A DNA stretch of 64,000 nucleotides from Octopus bimaculoides (lineage: Eukaryota), in the NCBI RefSeq assembly GCF_001194135.2, contig NC_068998.1:17183564-17247563 (forward strand). The letters are read 5' to 3'. A program made the position numbers and the translations under genes. The notes beneath the pieces were generated by a model. It did no database searches and had not been told where the DNA came from. It was given only the letters and a program-made list of their open reading frames with translations. Of the stretch, positions 37,687 through 50,960 are shown one piece after another; position 1 is the stretch's first letter; each line of letters begins with the position of its first letter.

Positions 37687-38350
37687 GGCGCAGGAGTGGC
37701 TGTGTGGTAAGTAGCTTGCTTNNNNNNNNNNNNNNNNNNNNNNNNNNNNNNNNNNNNNNNNNNNNNNNNNNNNNNNNNNNNNNNNNNNNNNNNNNNNNNN
37801 NNNNNNNNNNNNNNNNNNNNNNNNNNNNNNNNNNNNNNNNNNNNNNNNNNNNNNNNNNNNNNNNNNNNNNNNNNNNNNNNNNNNNNNNNNNNNNNNNNNN
37901 NNNNNNNNNNNNNNNNNNNNNNNNNNNNNNNNNNNNNNNNNNNNNNNNNNNNNNNNNNNNNNNNNNNNNNNNNNNNNNNNNNNNNNNNNNNNNNNNNNNN
38001 NNNNNNNNNNNNNNNNNNNNNNNNNNNNNNNNNNNNNNNNNNNNNNNNNNNNNNNNNNNNNNNNNNNNNNNNNNNNNNNNNNNNNNNNNNNNNNNNNNAT
38101 ATGTATATATATATGTGTGTGTGTGTGTTTGTGTGTCTGTGTGTTTGTGTGTCTGTGAGTTTGTGTGTCTGTGTTTGTTTCCCTAGCATTGCTTGACAAC
38201 CGATGCTGGTGTGCTTATGTCGGCAAAAGGGACCGATAGAATAAGTACTAGGCTTACAAAGAATAAGTCCCGGGGTCGATTTGCTCGACTAAAGGCGGTG
38301 CTCCAGCATGGCCACAGTCAAATGACTGAAACAGATAAAAGAGTGAAAGA
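37687..38350 (+). mobile_element. SINE family A spanning an assembly gap
   Basis: Head ggcgcaggagtggctgtgtggtaagtagc lies before the gap; the tail with ggggtcgatttgctcgactaaaggcggtgctcc lies after it. Confidence 0.85.
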
Positions 38351-38399
<49 letters not shown>

Positions 38400-38450
38400 A
38401 ATAGACAGACAGACAGATAGGCAAACAGGCAGTCAGACAGATATATAGAT

Positions 38451-38974
38451 CAGAGGCATAGCCAGGTTCTAAAGTTAGGGGGAGTGAGCACATGAAAATG
38501 AGGCGCCATTACTCATACCAAACAAGTTTTAACTCATTTAACTCCTCTTATATTGTGTAAAATATTTAATTAGTTATAATATATGTAATTGTATTCTACA
38601 TTCATTAATTTCATGTCTCAGTAACGTTGTCATTATGCATGAAACTTGCAACTACAGACATAGAAGAGACATGAAAAAGAAGAGGTTATGACGTCAGGGT
38701 TTGTTTTAGTTCTTCAGATGTCAGCGGCTGCCAACACATCAGAAGAGATTGAGCAGACAGTTCGAAAAAAACAAGGGAGGTTGGTCAAATAAAGTAATGA
38801 CTCCAGAAAGTTCTACCAAGGCCATGGAATAAATGAAAAAAAAAGAAGATTCAACTTTTATCACATAAGTGAACTAAAGAGTCAAACAAAATTATTGAAA
38901 AGGCGCCATTTTGAAAATTGTGCTTCGAGTGAGGAGGGGCTGTTCCCCTTGCTCCTCTATCAGCTATGGTACTG
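38451..38974. mobile_element. hAT-like MITE inserted in a GATA tract
   Basis: Degenerate TIRs cagaggcatagc / rc cagtaccatagc; flanking 8-mers atatagat / agataggt (6/8) are a possible TSD. Confidence 0.55.
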
Positions 38975-38981
38975 AGATAGG

Positions 38982-39031
<50 letters not shown>

Positions 39032-39632
39032 TACCTACATACATAAATATATAAGACAAGATATAAATAATGGTCATTACATATTTTAACTTTATTAAAG
39101 CAAATTTGGCTTACAGTTGTTTCCAGTAATCATTATAGGTACGTTACTGATAGGTTTACTTAATTGCTCTATTGATCAGCTGAGAAAAATTGAACGATCT
39201 AAAAAAAATTAATGCTACTTTCGTCAGACCCATTTCTGGTTATNNNNNNNNNNNNNNNNNNNNNNNNNNNNNNNNNNNNNNNNNNNNNNNNNNNNNNNNN
39301 NNNNNNNNNNNNNNNNNNNNNNNNNNNNNNNNNNNNNNNNNNNNNNNNNNNNNNNNNNNNNNNNNNNNNNNNNNNNNNNNNNNNNNNNNNNNNNNNNNNN
39401 NNNNNNNNNNNNNNNNNNNNNNNNNNNNNNNNNNNNNNNNNNNNNNNNNNNNNNNNNNNNNNNNNNNNNNNNNNNNNNNNNNNNNNNNNNNNNNNNNNNN
39501 NNNNNNNNNNNNNNNNNNNNNNNNNNNNNNNNNNNNNNNNNNNNNNNNNNNNNNNNNNNNNNNNNNNNNNNNNNNNNNNNNNNNNNNNNNNNNNNNNNNN
39601 NNNNNNNNNNNNNNNNNNNNNNNNNNNNNNNN

Positions 39633-39931
39633 TAAGTACCATTACAAGCAACACATTTCTGCCAACGAGTTACAAGTTTGTTTATTCCAGTAACATAAAG
39701 ATCTGGAGTTCTGGAGCTGATGATCTCTTTGAACGCACTTTCAGCATTGGTTTGATTTTTGAACTTCTCTCACAGGGAACCATCAAGGTGCTTGAAAAAG
39801 TGGTAGTCAGTAGGAGAAAAGTCTGGGGAATAAGCTGGGTGGGGAAGAACTTTGTAGCCAAATTCCCTCAACTTCTAGAGTGTCATTAGTGAAACATGTG
39901 GTCGAGTATTGTCATGAAGAATGATTGGCCC
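39633..39931 (-). mobile_element. Mariner (DD34D, Hsmar1/cecropia-like) transposase C-terminal relic
   Basis: Reads GPIILHDNTRPHVS...GYKVLPHPAYSPDFSPTDYHFFKHLD...GINKLVTRWQKCVACNG, with 34 residues between the second and third D. It runs into a gap. Confidence 0.9.
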
Positions 39932-41106
39932 TCAACAACAAGTAAGTAGCTATTACTACTTCTCCACTGTTAAACCAGTGCTCTCTGTTCCTATTTTTCC
40001 TGTTCCCTATTAAAAGCTTTGCTATTTCAAGTCTTAATCTCTCTCTCTCTTTCTCTCGGTCTATTGTTATCTCTCTCGATGTTTTGCAAGGTAATATTTT
40101 ATACTTTTTTCTGTAATAGGAGACTTGAAAGTTGCTGACGTTGACAGATCAACTGATTTTGATTAATTCAAGCGATAAGTCATGTTTTGCAGATGCAAGT
40201 TCAAACTGCAATCACAACCAAGTGCAGTCTTTCATGCTAGAATCAACTACAAATGATATTTCCATCACTTAATGCTCGAAAAAAAAAAAAAAAGGTGAGC
40301 TTGCCCATCCACACAATTTGATTGAGTTAACAAATAAAATTCACTCCAATCCAATCAATTGATTCCATTATAGCTGCAAAGCTTCCAGACCCTTAGGGAG
40401 AAAGAATGTTTCATGTATTGTTAAAGCCCAGATGGATCATGGTCTCTATGGTGACATCATCATCACTATCATCATTATCATGAAATCGTCCAACCCATGC
40501 TAGCATGGAAATCGGACGTTAAACGATGATGATGATGATGATGATGATCACCATCATCATAATCATTTTAACATCCACTTTTCTATGCTTGCATGTGTCA
40601 GATGGAATTCGTTTGAGATAGATTTTCTGCAGCTGGATGGATGCCCTACCTCTCACCAACCCTCACCTGTTTCCAAGAAAAACAATATTTCATTATGGCT
40701 GAACATGCTTTCATAGAAGACAAGAAATGAATGGCATCACTTGAATAATGGTGACACTCATTTGCAACTATCACAATGATGTCAAGATAAGGAAACACAC
40801 ACACACATACATACATGTACAAACACACATAAATATGCATATACATACACATGTAGATACATGTATATGCACACACATACACACACACAGACACATACAT
40901 ACACACACACACACACATATAAGATGTTGATAGATAGCTAGGTAGATAGCTAGATAGATAAATAGATAGACAGATATATTGATAAATATACATAGAAGGT
41001 TGTTTGTTATAGCCAGTCAGAGAGTGACCATTGGTTTCACACCCATAAAGCTCTCTCTATGTATATGAACTACTGACCAATATATATATATATATGTATA
41101 CATACA

Positions 41107-41187
<81 letters not shown>

Positions 41188-41880
41188 NNNNNNNNNNNNN
41201 NNNNNNNNNNNNNNNNNNNNNNNNNNNNNNNNNNNNNNNNNNNNNNNNNNNNNNNNNNNNNNNNNNNNNNNNNNNNNNNNNNNNNNNNNNNNNNNNNNNN
41301 NNNNNNNNNNNNNNNNNNNNNNNNNNNNNNNNNNNNNNNNNNNNNNNNNNNNNNNNNNNNNNNNNNNNNNNNNNNNNNNNNNNNNNNNNNNNNNNNNNNN
41401 NNNNNNNNNNNNNNNNNNNNNNNNNNNNNNNNNNNNNNNNNNNNNNNNNNNNNNNNNNNNNNNNNNNNNNNNNNNNNNNNNNNNNNNNNNNNNNNNNNNN
41501 NNNNNNNNNNNNNNNNNNNNNNNNNNNNNNNNNNNNNNNNNNNNNNNNNNNNNNNNNNNNNNNNNNNNNNNNNNNNNNNNNNNNNNNNNNNNNNNNNNNN
41601 NNNNNNNNNNNNNNNNNNNNNNNNNNNNNNNNNNNNNNNNNNNNNNNNNNNNNNNNNNNNNNNNNNNNNNNNNNNNNNNNNNNNNNNNNNNNNNNNNNNN
41701 NNNNNNNNNNNNNNNNNNNNNNNNNNNNNNNNNNNNNNNNNNNNNNNNNNNNNNNNNNNNNNNNNNNNNNNNNNNNNNNNNNNNNNNNNNNNNNNNNNNN
41801 NNNNNNNNNNNNNNNNNNNNNNNNNNNNNNNNNNNNNNNNNNNNNNNNNNNNNNNNNNNNNNNNNNNNNNNNNNNNNNNN

Positions 41881-41917
<37 letters not shown>

Positions 41918-42028
41918 TACATATATATTTATATATAGTTGAAATTTACAGTAAAACAAAAGATGATGAAAACAGATGTATAAACAACAAACAGGTGTAT
42001 TAGTTTAATGCTCAGGAAGGTGAGAAAG

Positions 42029-42066
42029 TCTTTTACGTTTCGAGCCTATGCTCTTTAACAGAAAGG
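42029..42066 (-). ncRNA. Variant minimal hammerhead motif
   Basis: CUUU-CUGUUAA-A-GAGC/GCUC-GAAAC-GUA-AAAG. Stem I is CUUU/AAAG and stem III is palindromic ACGU. The core deviates from CUGANGA. Confidence 0.5.
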
Positions 42067-42214
42067 AACATGAGCAAATAAACAGAGAGAGAATAAATGT
42101 ATATGTGTGTGTGTATATACACACAAATATATAAATTTTAATATGTGAAGTATTATTACTGTTATAAACAACAATAATGAGGTGGCTAGCAAGACTTCTA
42201 CCTATACAGGTACA

Positions 42215-42564
42215 ATATAAAATAATGCAAGAAAAGAAGGGTAAAAATACCGCTTGCTAAAAATCAAAGCGACAGCTTCAGAAAACCACCAATCTTACGA
42301 TAAATATATACATGAGCAATGTAATGAATATTTTAAAAACTAGGCTTACCTTCAGAATGGAATACGAAGATAAATAATACATATCCCATATAATACATGT
42401 ATTATTTATCTTTGTATTTCATTCTGAAGGTAAGCCTATTTTTTTAAATGTTCATTACATTGCTTGTGTATATATTTATTGTAAGATTTGTGGTTTTTTG
42501 AAGCTGTCACTTTGATTTTTAGCAAGCGGTATTTTTACCCTTCTTTTCTTCCATTATGTTATAT
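42215..42564. repeat. Long inverted repeat: 168-bp arms, 14-nt loop
   Basis: Arms at 42215-42382 and 42397-42564, about 92% complementary by eye. Confidence 0.9.
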
Positions 42565-42699
42565 ATATATGATGGACTTTCTTGTCATATTAAACACATG
42601 AGGGCCAAAGAATTTTACTTTCTTTCTTTGTACCCTATATTTTAGCATTTGTGTCTTCTGTGAGACACTAGACCTGCTCTGTCTTTGCAAACCAGACCA

Positions 42700-44780
42700 C
42701 ATCCTCTACACACAAAATGTTGAAAGGAAACTCCAATCCATTGACCTTGCCCTAGATCACCTAAGTGCTCGATCTGGTGCCATTTTGGCAGATTTTCATC
42801 TGCCTATTATGGTCAACAGCACATTCCTCAAATTCTGATGCCTTTATTATCCAATATCTTTGATTTTTATTATTCAGCTTAGCTTTGCTTCTAAGAAGAG
42901 TTTTTCATACTCTTCACACTCTTGCCTGGAGTTAGCCATAAGTGAGAATTTTTGGCTGAGTGAAATGAAGTGTTTTACACAAGAATACAATACATCGCCT
43001 GGTCCAGGGATTGAAACCACAACCTTACATTTATTAGTGCAACAACCTAACCACTAATCCATGTGCCTCCACTAATATTGACACATCAATAGCATATGTC
43101 AGTTACTATCTCCCCAAACTTAATGCAGAGCAAAGAGCAGGCTATTCTACTATTTAAGACTGTTTCGTCACAAGAAGTTGGAATATTGTTTTGTTGATGT
43201 TAACAGTGAAACTGGAAAGTCATTCTGTTCAGTTTATTAACATAAATGCATAATTATTACAGTTGTATTTTCAGGTGTTGCTGCCATATTCCTTCCAAGA
43301 GAGGACATACAGTTTATTCTGCTATTTCAAGTTCCGCTTGAAGCTGGGCACAAATAATGCACCTATTTGCAGCATTACCAAAAATTCGGAAATCAGACAA
43401 GATCTTAAAAGACATTGAATGTTTGCCTGGAAAGAATGCACAACTCACAAGAGAGCTCTGGAGGCCCCGGACAGGATATTTCAGAACTTGTGAGACAATA
43501 GAGCTTAAATGGGAGAAGTAGCAGTAATATTGTCAGGTGACACCAATCAGATCCCAATTTTCCCAAAAAGAATGAAAGCCAATAAAATCCATACTTGCCT
43601 TAAATCATCATCACTTTGGACCAATGTTAAAATCTTCAAACTGTCCACAAACATCATCATCATCATTGTTTAACGTCTGTTTTCTATGTTGGCATGGGTT
43701 GGATGGTTTGACAGGAGCTGGCCAGCCAGGAAGCTGTCTTGACTCCACTTGTCTGTTGTGGCATGGTTTCTATTTCTGGATGCTCTTCCTAATGTCAATC
43801 ACTTAGCAGAATGTGCTGGGTGCTTTTTACATGCCACTGGCACAAGTGCATTTATGCAGCACCAGCACGAGTGCATTTTACAGGACACTAGCACCTGTTA
43901 AAGACATACCTGTATGTATGGATAACTGTGATTTTACTTAGCTTGATATGTCTTCTCAAGTAAACACGAGAGGCAAATGTTTTGGAGAGCATCTGTCTGG
44001 TCTTTTGGCTAAAATTTCTTATAAGTTGGAGAGGAAAGATTTCCTTCCTTCAGTAATGGCACAATGAATCCAGTAATAGCACTATGAATACAATGATTAA
44101 GACAGCAGGTGAATTTATATCAAAGGTGTTCCTCAATCTGCAATGTTGTTAATGAGCACAAAAGTGGCTGTGTCAGAAAGAAATTACTTGGGTCTATAAC
44201 ATCAACTGGCAGGTGTTGCAGATATTTCCAGGAAATAATCATACTCACTTAATCAAAAGATATTGTTGTGGGTCAGAAAGAAACGGCTCATTATCCTGCA
44301 AAATTTTAAATTCATTGGAACCTTAAAGCCTACAACACCAGTTGAAAAAGGATCCTCATAAACACTGTAGTATAATTTTGATGAGCCACAAGCCATGCAT
44401 GAAGTTAAGAAGTTTATGCTACGCATCATCGAGACAACTAAATTTCACTGGATGCATCAACAGATATTGGTATGAGTTGAATTTTGGGTACAATTTCAAT
44501 TTAGTAGACTTCAGTTTCCAAACAGATAATCTTTGCCATCCTTGTCAATCAATATATCACATGAACAAATATTGACAGTTGCTGGACAGCCTCTTGAGGA
44601 ATTGGTAATGGCCAGTTTCGCTAATTGATGCTTTACTAATGGCGAATCTAATGTAAGATTCCCAAGTGCTAGAAGCCACCATAATCTCTTTATTTATGCT
44701 ATTGTTGAAAAAACCCAGGTACTGAGGTACTGAAATGACAATATTCATAATTACTAAGATTACGATGGGCACAGATCTAA
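42700..44780 (+). pseudogene. Helitron RepHel PIF1-helicase relic with 3' terminus
   Basis: From 43113: LNAEQRAGY, DVNSETGKSF (Walker A), VVFSGVAAIFLP, AWKECTTHKRALEAPDR, VILSGD..Q, CLKSSSLW, HYPAKFLNSLE, FSRLQFP, SINISHEQ and CFTNG, colinear with PIF1 helicase but with many stops. It ends ...gggcacagatctaa|t (CTRR). SINEs interrupt it at about 42855-43072 and 43665-43912. Confidence 0.9.
43665..43912 (-). mobile_element. Family D copy nested in the Helitron helicase
   Basis: catcatcattgtttaacgtctgttttctatgttggcatgggttgg...; the helicase homology resumes after it. Confidence 0.8.
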
Positions 44781-46872
44781 TATATAAACTGGGGCTTGTA
44801 AGGCTTGTAAAGCCTAGTGGTTAAAGAGTGTTGCACTCATGATCATAAGACCACTGTTTCTATTCCTTGACAGGACAGTGTGCAGTGTTCTTCAGCAAAA
44901 CTCTTCATTTCATGTTGCTTTGGTTCACTAAGCTGTAAAAAAGTAATCCTGTGATGGACTGTAATTCCATTCAACAGAAATGTTGTGACCTCGGTTACTT
45001 ATAACCCTTGGAAAACAAGTAACTGGTCCTAGTACTCAAGACAGTAGTATCCAGAGGCTCAACACAACTCTTTCTTTATTAAAGTATTGTGGTTCCAATA
45101 TTTGGGTGTGTGGATTTCTTGTCAGCACTTTGGTTACTTTATTTTCAGGCGTGGCTGCATGGTTAAGAAGCTCACTTTGCAACCACATGGTTTTGGGATC
45201 AGTCCCATACTGTGACACCTTAGGCAAGCATCTACTATAGCCCCTGGCTGACCAAAGCCTTCTGAGTGGATTTGATTGATGGAAACTGAAAGAAGCCCAT
45301 CATATATATATGCGTGTATGTGTGCGTGCATGTGTGTGTGTATACACTCATATTTTGACTTCTATTTTTCCTGTTTACATCCCCAAACCTATATATATAT
45401 ATATATATACACAAACATACACACACATATTATATGAGCGAGTGGACAAATGAAAGGGGCACTTAGCACCTTGAATAGGAGTTACATGTATTATTTAAAA
45501 CAGCTTAATTCAGCTCAATGTTGCTTCACACACACAAACACACACACACAAACAAACAAACAAACAAACAAACAAACAAACAAACTCACCCACCTTTACT
45601 GCTGCCATATCCAGACATAGATGTCATCAGCTTCCTGTCGAGCCATGTGATCAAGGAAATTTCCCTTCTTGATGGAATTGCTGTTGCTAAGGAACTGATA
45701 TTCTTTGATAATATTCTTTGACAACATCATGTGACCCACCTTGACCAAAAGCAGCATAGCTTCTACTAACCATCTTAGATTTCCTGTATCTCTTCATTCA
45801 GCAATCCAAAGCCTGAAAGAGTCGGGCTCCTGTTAAAGGTCTGTAAAACTTGAAGTTGCATGGAACTGAACCAAACGGTTTTAAATGATACACACGCACA
45901 CGCACACACACACATATATATGCATACATATACACACAAACACACATACATACATACATACGTACGTATGTACATACATATGTATGTGTGTGTGTGTGTA
46001 CATGTGTTTATATCTCCTTGTTCCGACAAAGTGTGATAGTTGTAAAATGACTTTGCTGTCATAGAAGCAATGTCATTCATTTCCAATGTTCTGCAACAAC
46101 ATGTCTGGCCATGGGGCAATATTACCTTGCTTGCAAGTAGATAAAGGTTGGCAACAGGAAGGGCATCAGGTTGTATAAAAATCTGCGTCAATAAAACTCC
46201 GTCCAACCCATGCAAGCATGGAAAAACAGATTTTGAAATGATGATGATGGTAATGGCAGTGGTGGTTGTGGGTGTGGTGGTGGTAGTAGTGGTGGTTGGG
46301 GTGGTACTGCTGCTGCTCATGATTGCGGTGGTGGTGATGGGTGACTCACCTCCTGACACTCTGGTTTCTTCTCATTTTTAAGAATTGAAGCATTTCATGA
46401 ATAAAAGATAATATATTATTCTGTTCAATAATAGTTTCAAATGAAATATAACTGTTTTCACATTTACGCAATCCTGTGTTCTTATTTAATATGCTTGAAT
46501 TAGACATATGTCATTTACAAATTAAATTATGATCTATACTATTAATAGTGAGTGCCTTCTATCTCTAGCACAGTGCATTAAACACTGGGCTATTATTAAT
46601 GTATTGGAAAACAATTTTATTTCTTACATGAAAGATAACTTTACAAGAGAAATACAACAGTGTTCCATTAGACTGAATATGCCTTCATTAAGAACAAGTC
46701 TGAGTCATTTCTAGTTACTTTTCTTTTGGTTAATGTCCATTTTGCAATGTTGGCTTGGGGTTGGGCCCGGAGTTATAGTAAAAGACTTGTGTAAGGTACC
46801 ATGCAGTGGGATTGAAATCAAAACCATGTGGCTGTAGCAAAATAGACTACTCAGCCACATGACTATGCCTGT

Positions 46873-47258
46873 TGTTGTTGGCACTCTGTCGCTTACGACG
46901 TAAAGGGTTCCAATCGATCCAATCAACGGAACAGCCTGCTCGTGAAATTAACGTGCAAGTGGCTGAGCACTCCACAGACACATGTACCCTTAACGTAGTT
47001 CTCGAGGATATTCAGCGTGACACAGTGTGACAAGGCTGATCCTTTTGAATTACAGGCACAACAGAAACAGGAAGTAAGAGTGAGAGAAAGTTGTGGTGGA
47101 AGAGTACAGCAGGGTTCGCCACCATCCCCTGCTGGAACCTCGTGGAGCTTTAGGTGTTTTTGCTCAATAAACACTCACAATGCCCTGTCTGGGAATCGAA
47201 ACCGCGATCCTATGACCGCGAGTCCGCTGCCCTAACCACTAGGCCATTGCGCCTCCAC
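46873..47258 (-). mobile_element. SINE family C, full length, nested in a family A head
   Basis: Perfect 13-bp TSD tgactatgcctgt at 46860-46872 and 47259-47271. Confidence 0.92.
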
Positions 47259-47615
47259 TGACTATGCCTGTACCTTCTAACAAACACACACACCCATCCC
47301 CCCCCCACACACACACACGATGGACTCTCTCATCACAGACAACATATGAGTGTTCAGCTTTTGCCAAACAACCTTCACAAATGATTTGCTTATAGTGATC
47401 AAATGTTCGTGCCACATATTAGCTCACTCTCTCCATCAAAACGATGTTGTCAGAACAGGTGCACGGGTGTGTTACGTGTCAGGTGTTGAAGTGATTGCAG
47501 AGTAATGTGAGATGAAGTGTTTTACTCAAGAACACAACACATCACCCAGTCTAGGAACTGAAACCATGATCTCGTGATTGTGAGTCCAACACCCTAACCA
47601 CTAGGCCATGCATCC

Positions 47616-47677
<62 letters not shown>

Positions 47678-47808
47678 ACACTCACACACCTGGCTGTAGA
47701 AAATGTGCCTCAGCAAATAATCTGAACCCATGCAAAATGGATGTTAAGATAATAACGAAAATGATGATGATGATGATGATGATATATTTATCATTTGTCC
47801 TTCTAAAT

Positions 47809-47915
47809 CAGTGGTTCTCAGCTGGGGTCCGTATGACACCTGAGGATTCATACAGAATTTTAGGGAGTCCACAGAAGCAAAATAGTAAATTGTGGGTCCA
47901 CAGTAGTATTTTATG
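47809..47915 (+). mobile_element. hAT-like MITE left end
   Basis: cagtggttctcagctggggtcc...caaaatagtaaattgtgggtccacagtagtatttt; matches 24594-24694 reversed. Confidence 0.65.
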
Positions 47916-47946
47916 GTACATGAAAAAATTTTGCTTTAGACATATA

Positions 47947-48316
47947 GGCAGGAGTGGCTGTGTGGTAAGTAGCTTGCTTACCAACCACATGGTTCCCGGT
48001 TCAGTCCCACTGCGTGGCACCTTGGGCAAGTGTCTTCTACTATAGCCTCAGGCCGACCAAAGCCTTTTGAGTGGATTTGGTAGACGGAAACTGGAAGAAG
48101 CCTGTCGTATATATATATTTGTATATGTTTGTCCCCCTACCATCGCTTGACAACCAATGCTGGTGTGTTTATGTCCCCCGTAACTTAGCGGTTTGGCTAA
48201 AGAGACCGATAGAATCAGTACTAGGCTTACAAAGAATAAGTCCTGGGGTTGATTTGCTCGACTAAAGGCGGTGCTCCAGCATGGCCGCAGTCAAATGACT
48301 GAAACAAATAAAAGAA
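47947..48316 (+). mobile_element. SINE family A, best full-length copy
   Basis: A box tggctgtgtgg, B box ggttcagtcc, CORE-like ccttgggcaagtg, a short internal TA/TG tract and the tail ...caaatgactgaaacaaataaaaga. Confidence 0.92.
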
Positions 48317-49780
48317 TATATATTACAAGAAACAACTAGGTGTCTTACTCTAATGCTTGACATAGTTCCACATGTTTGCAGCTACTGAAACATGTTCTCT
48401 CAGAGAGCAAACCTACACAAGTTAATGTGTGAAAAAAACAAAATAGAAATTTCAAATGAAGTATCTATAAAACGGCGGTGGTGGTGGTGATGATGATGAT
48501 GACCATGATGTCTGGAATACTCAGCTACTTCCATGCTGATTCATTGAGTAGACATTTCACTCAGTTGATCAAACAACTGAGTACTCAATGTTGATACTGA
48601 GGGAGATCTATTTACTTACTTCTGGTTTGATAAAATAAATACCTGTCAGGTATTAGGACTGGATCAATTTAGACAACTGTTCACTCATTCCACCAGAACT
48701 TCTGTCTCGTGCATATGTAAGAAATAATAATTAGATTTAGTGTTATAATGATATTATTGACGAGTATGCAGCACAGTTGAACTGAAAGACGCTTGATGAA
48801 CTGTTACATCTTGTGACAATCTTCACTACCATTACTACTACAGAGAATCACTATTGTTGCTATCTTCAAAATTACCATATTTTCCAGCATACTAGTCAAC
48901 ATAATATATGAAGTAAACATGTAATGCAAATGTTCAAACATCGTCACTATCTTTCCTAACCTGTGGCATTTCACATAGAATTTTTGGTCTTCATGTATAA
49001 GTCAACCTAACTTTTTCTGGCTGTGAATTTCAATCTGAAAAATTTGACTTGTGTGCAGGAAAATATGGTAGAAATGAGATAGTGAAAAAACTTTGATATG
49101 GATCTCCTTCAAACCACCATTTAAAAAAAATAATAGGCACATAGTCAATGTGACCCTGAGTTACCTGCATATAAGAAAACAGACAAGATGGTCACAATTA
49201 GAATTCTTTTGATCAAAGATCTACTTGATCTGGGCTAACCTGGTGCTAAACAGCAACATTTATCTCGGATAGAGCCAGCACCAAAACATAATTGGGTTCA
49301 ACCTGCAATCTTTGGTCTCATTTGGACATGGACAATGTGATCCTAAGTTATCTGCAAATAGGAAATAAAACAAGATGGTCACAGAATGTTTTTGATCATA
49401 GACATGCTGGATTTTGGCTGATCTGCTGCTGAACAACAACATCTGTCTTGGACAGAGAAAACTCTAAATAATAGTGCTTCACTTCTGACCAGATACCTGT
49501 GAGTCTTTGAATTCACTTGTGCCATATTCATCCCACCACCTCCTTATCAGTAGCAAAACAGCAAATTTGCAGAGTTATTGTTAAGTAAATGGATCTTTGT
49601 TAATTTTGATGATGAGCGTTCAACTGTTTGATCAACTGAACAACCTGCCCATTGAAGTAAGTGGCTGAACATTCTACATACATACAAGTGCAATGCTTGT
49701 ATGTATGTTATAATGCTTGATTCTCAGGCAGAATCAGCATAATATAGTGTGACCAGATTTGACCTTTAAATTATAGATTT

Positions 49781-50212
49781 AGGTGAAGGCATGGATGTGT
49801 GGTTAAGAAGCTTGCTTTGCAGCTATGTGGTTTTGTGTTCAGTTCCACTGTACAGCACCTTGGGCAAGTCACTTCTACTGTAACTCTCGGCTAATCAATA
49901 TCTTGTGAGTGAATTTGGTACATGTAAACTATGTGGAAGTCTGTCATATAGATACATACATATATATAAATGTATGTGTGTATGTATGTATGTATGTATG
50001 TATGTATGTGTGTGTCTTTTTTCATTCCTACTGGTTGACAACTGGTGTTGGCTTTTTAAATCCCTATCACTTAGCAGTTTGACAAAAGAGAATGATAGAA
50101 TAAATATTAGACTTAAGAATAAGTACTGGGGTCAATTTGTTTGACAAGACCCTCCAAGGCAGTGCTCCAGCATGACTGCAATCCAGTTAGTGAAACAAGT
50201 AAAAGATAAAAG
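49781..50212 (+). mobile_element. SINE family A, older full-length copy
   Basis: Colinear with 47947-48316 but CpG-depleted; internal (TATG)n. Confidence 0.8.
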
Positions 50213-50960
50213 ACACAATTTATCCACAAGGCTTCCACACATTTTCCATTGACCCAATTTCACTCACAAGGCTTGGGTTGATCTGAGGTTATGGTAAAAG
50301 ACACTTGTTCAAGTTGGTCACACGGTAGGATTGAACTTGGGATCTCATGCTTGGGAAGTAATCTCCTTAACTGTTTAACCATTTGATTATATTGTACAAC
50401 AGATTTGTTTGCGCATAAGACAAAATGAATCTGAGTTCAAATCCCACCAGAGTCAACTTTGTCTTTCATCTTCCATGGTTAATGAAATATAATACCACTC
50501 CAGATCAGTTGGTTGGCAGAATTGCTAGAATCGTTATCATCATCACCATTTAATGTCCATTTATCCATGCTTCCAAGGGTCAGACAGAATTTGTTGAGGC
50601 AGATTTTATACAACTGGATGTTCTTCTTGTTGCCAACTCTCACCTGTTTCCAAACCAGGTAATATTCTCCCCACAGTTAGGCATGTTTTTCATAGAAGAC
50701 TGGAAACAAGCAGGCTTGCTTGTATGATGATAATGATGGTGTGCATTTAGAATCATCATGTTATGTCTAGACAAGAGTAAACACAAAAACATACACACAC
50801 AAGCATATACACATACATATATACATACATACATACATACATATATACATCCATACGTGTGTATGTGTGCATGTGCGCGAGTGTGTGTGTGTGTGTGTGT
50901 GTGTATTAATGTTTGCTTTTATGTTTTTATACTCAGTCTAAATAAAAAACAATTTCACAT

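Larger units (their letters stand above)
41936..42564 (-). mobile_element. Penelope-like terminal fragment (family P2) with 5' fold-back duplication
   Basis: Hammerhead-like motif at 42066-42029, terminus ...ctgtaaatttcaac then (TA)n, and a 350-bp hairpin at 42215-42564 upstream. Confidence 0.6.

Noticed and set aside
40110-40320. Possible mariner N-terminal remnant (PHNLIE like WVPHEL)
   Set aside because: Too decayed to support by eye.
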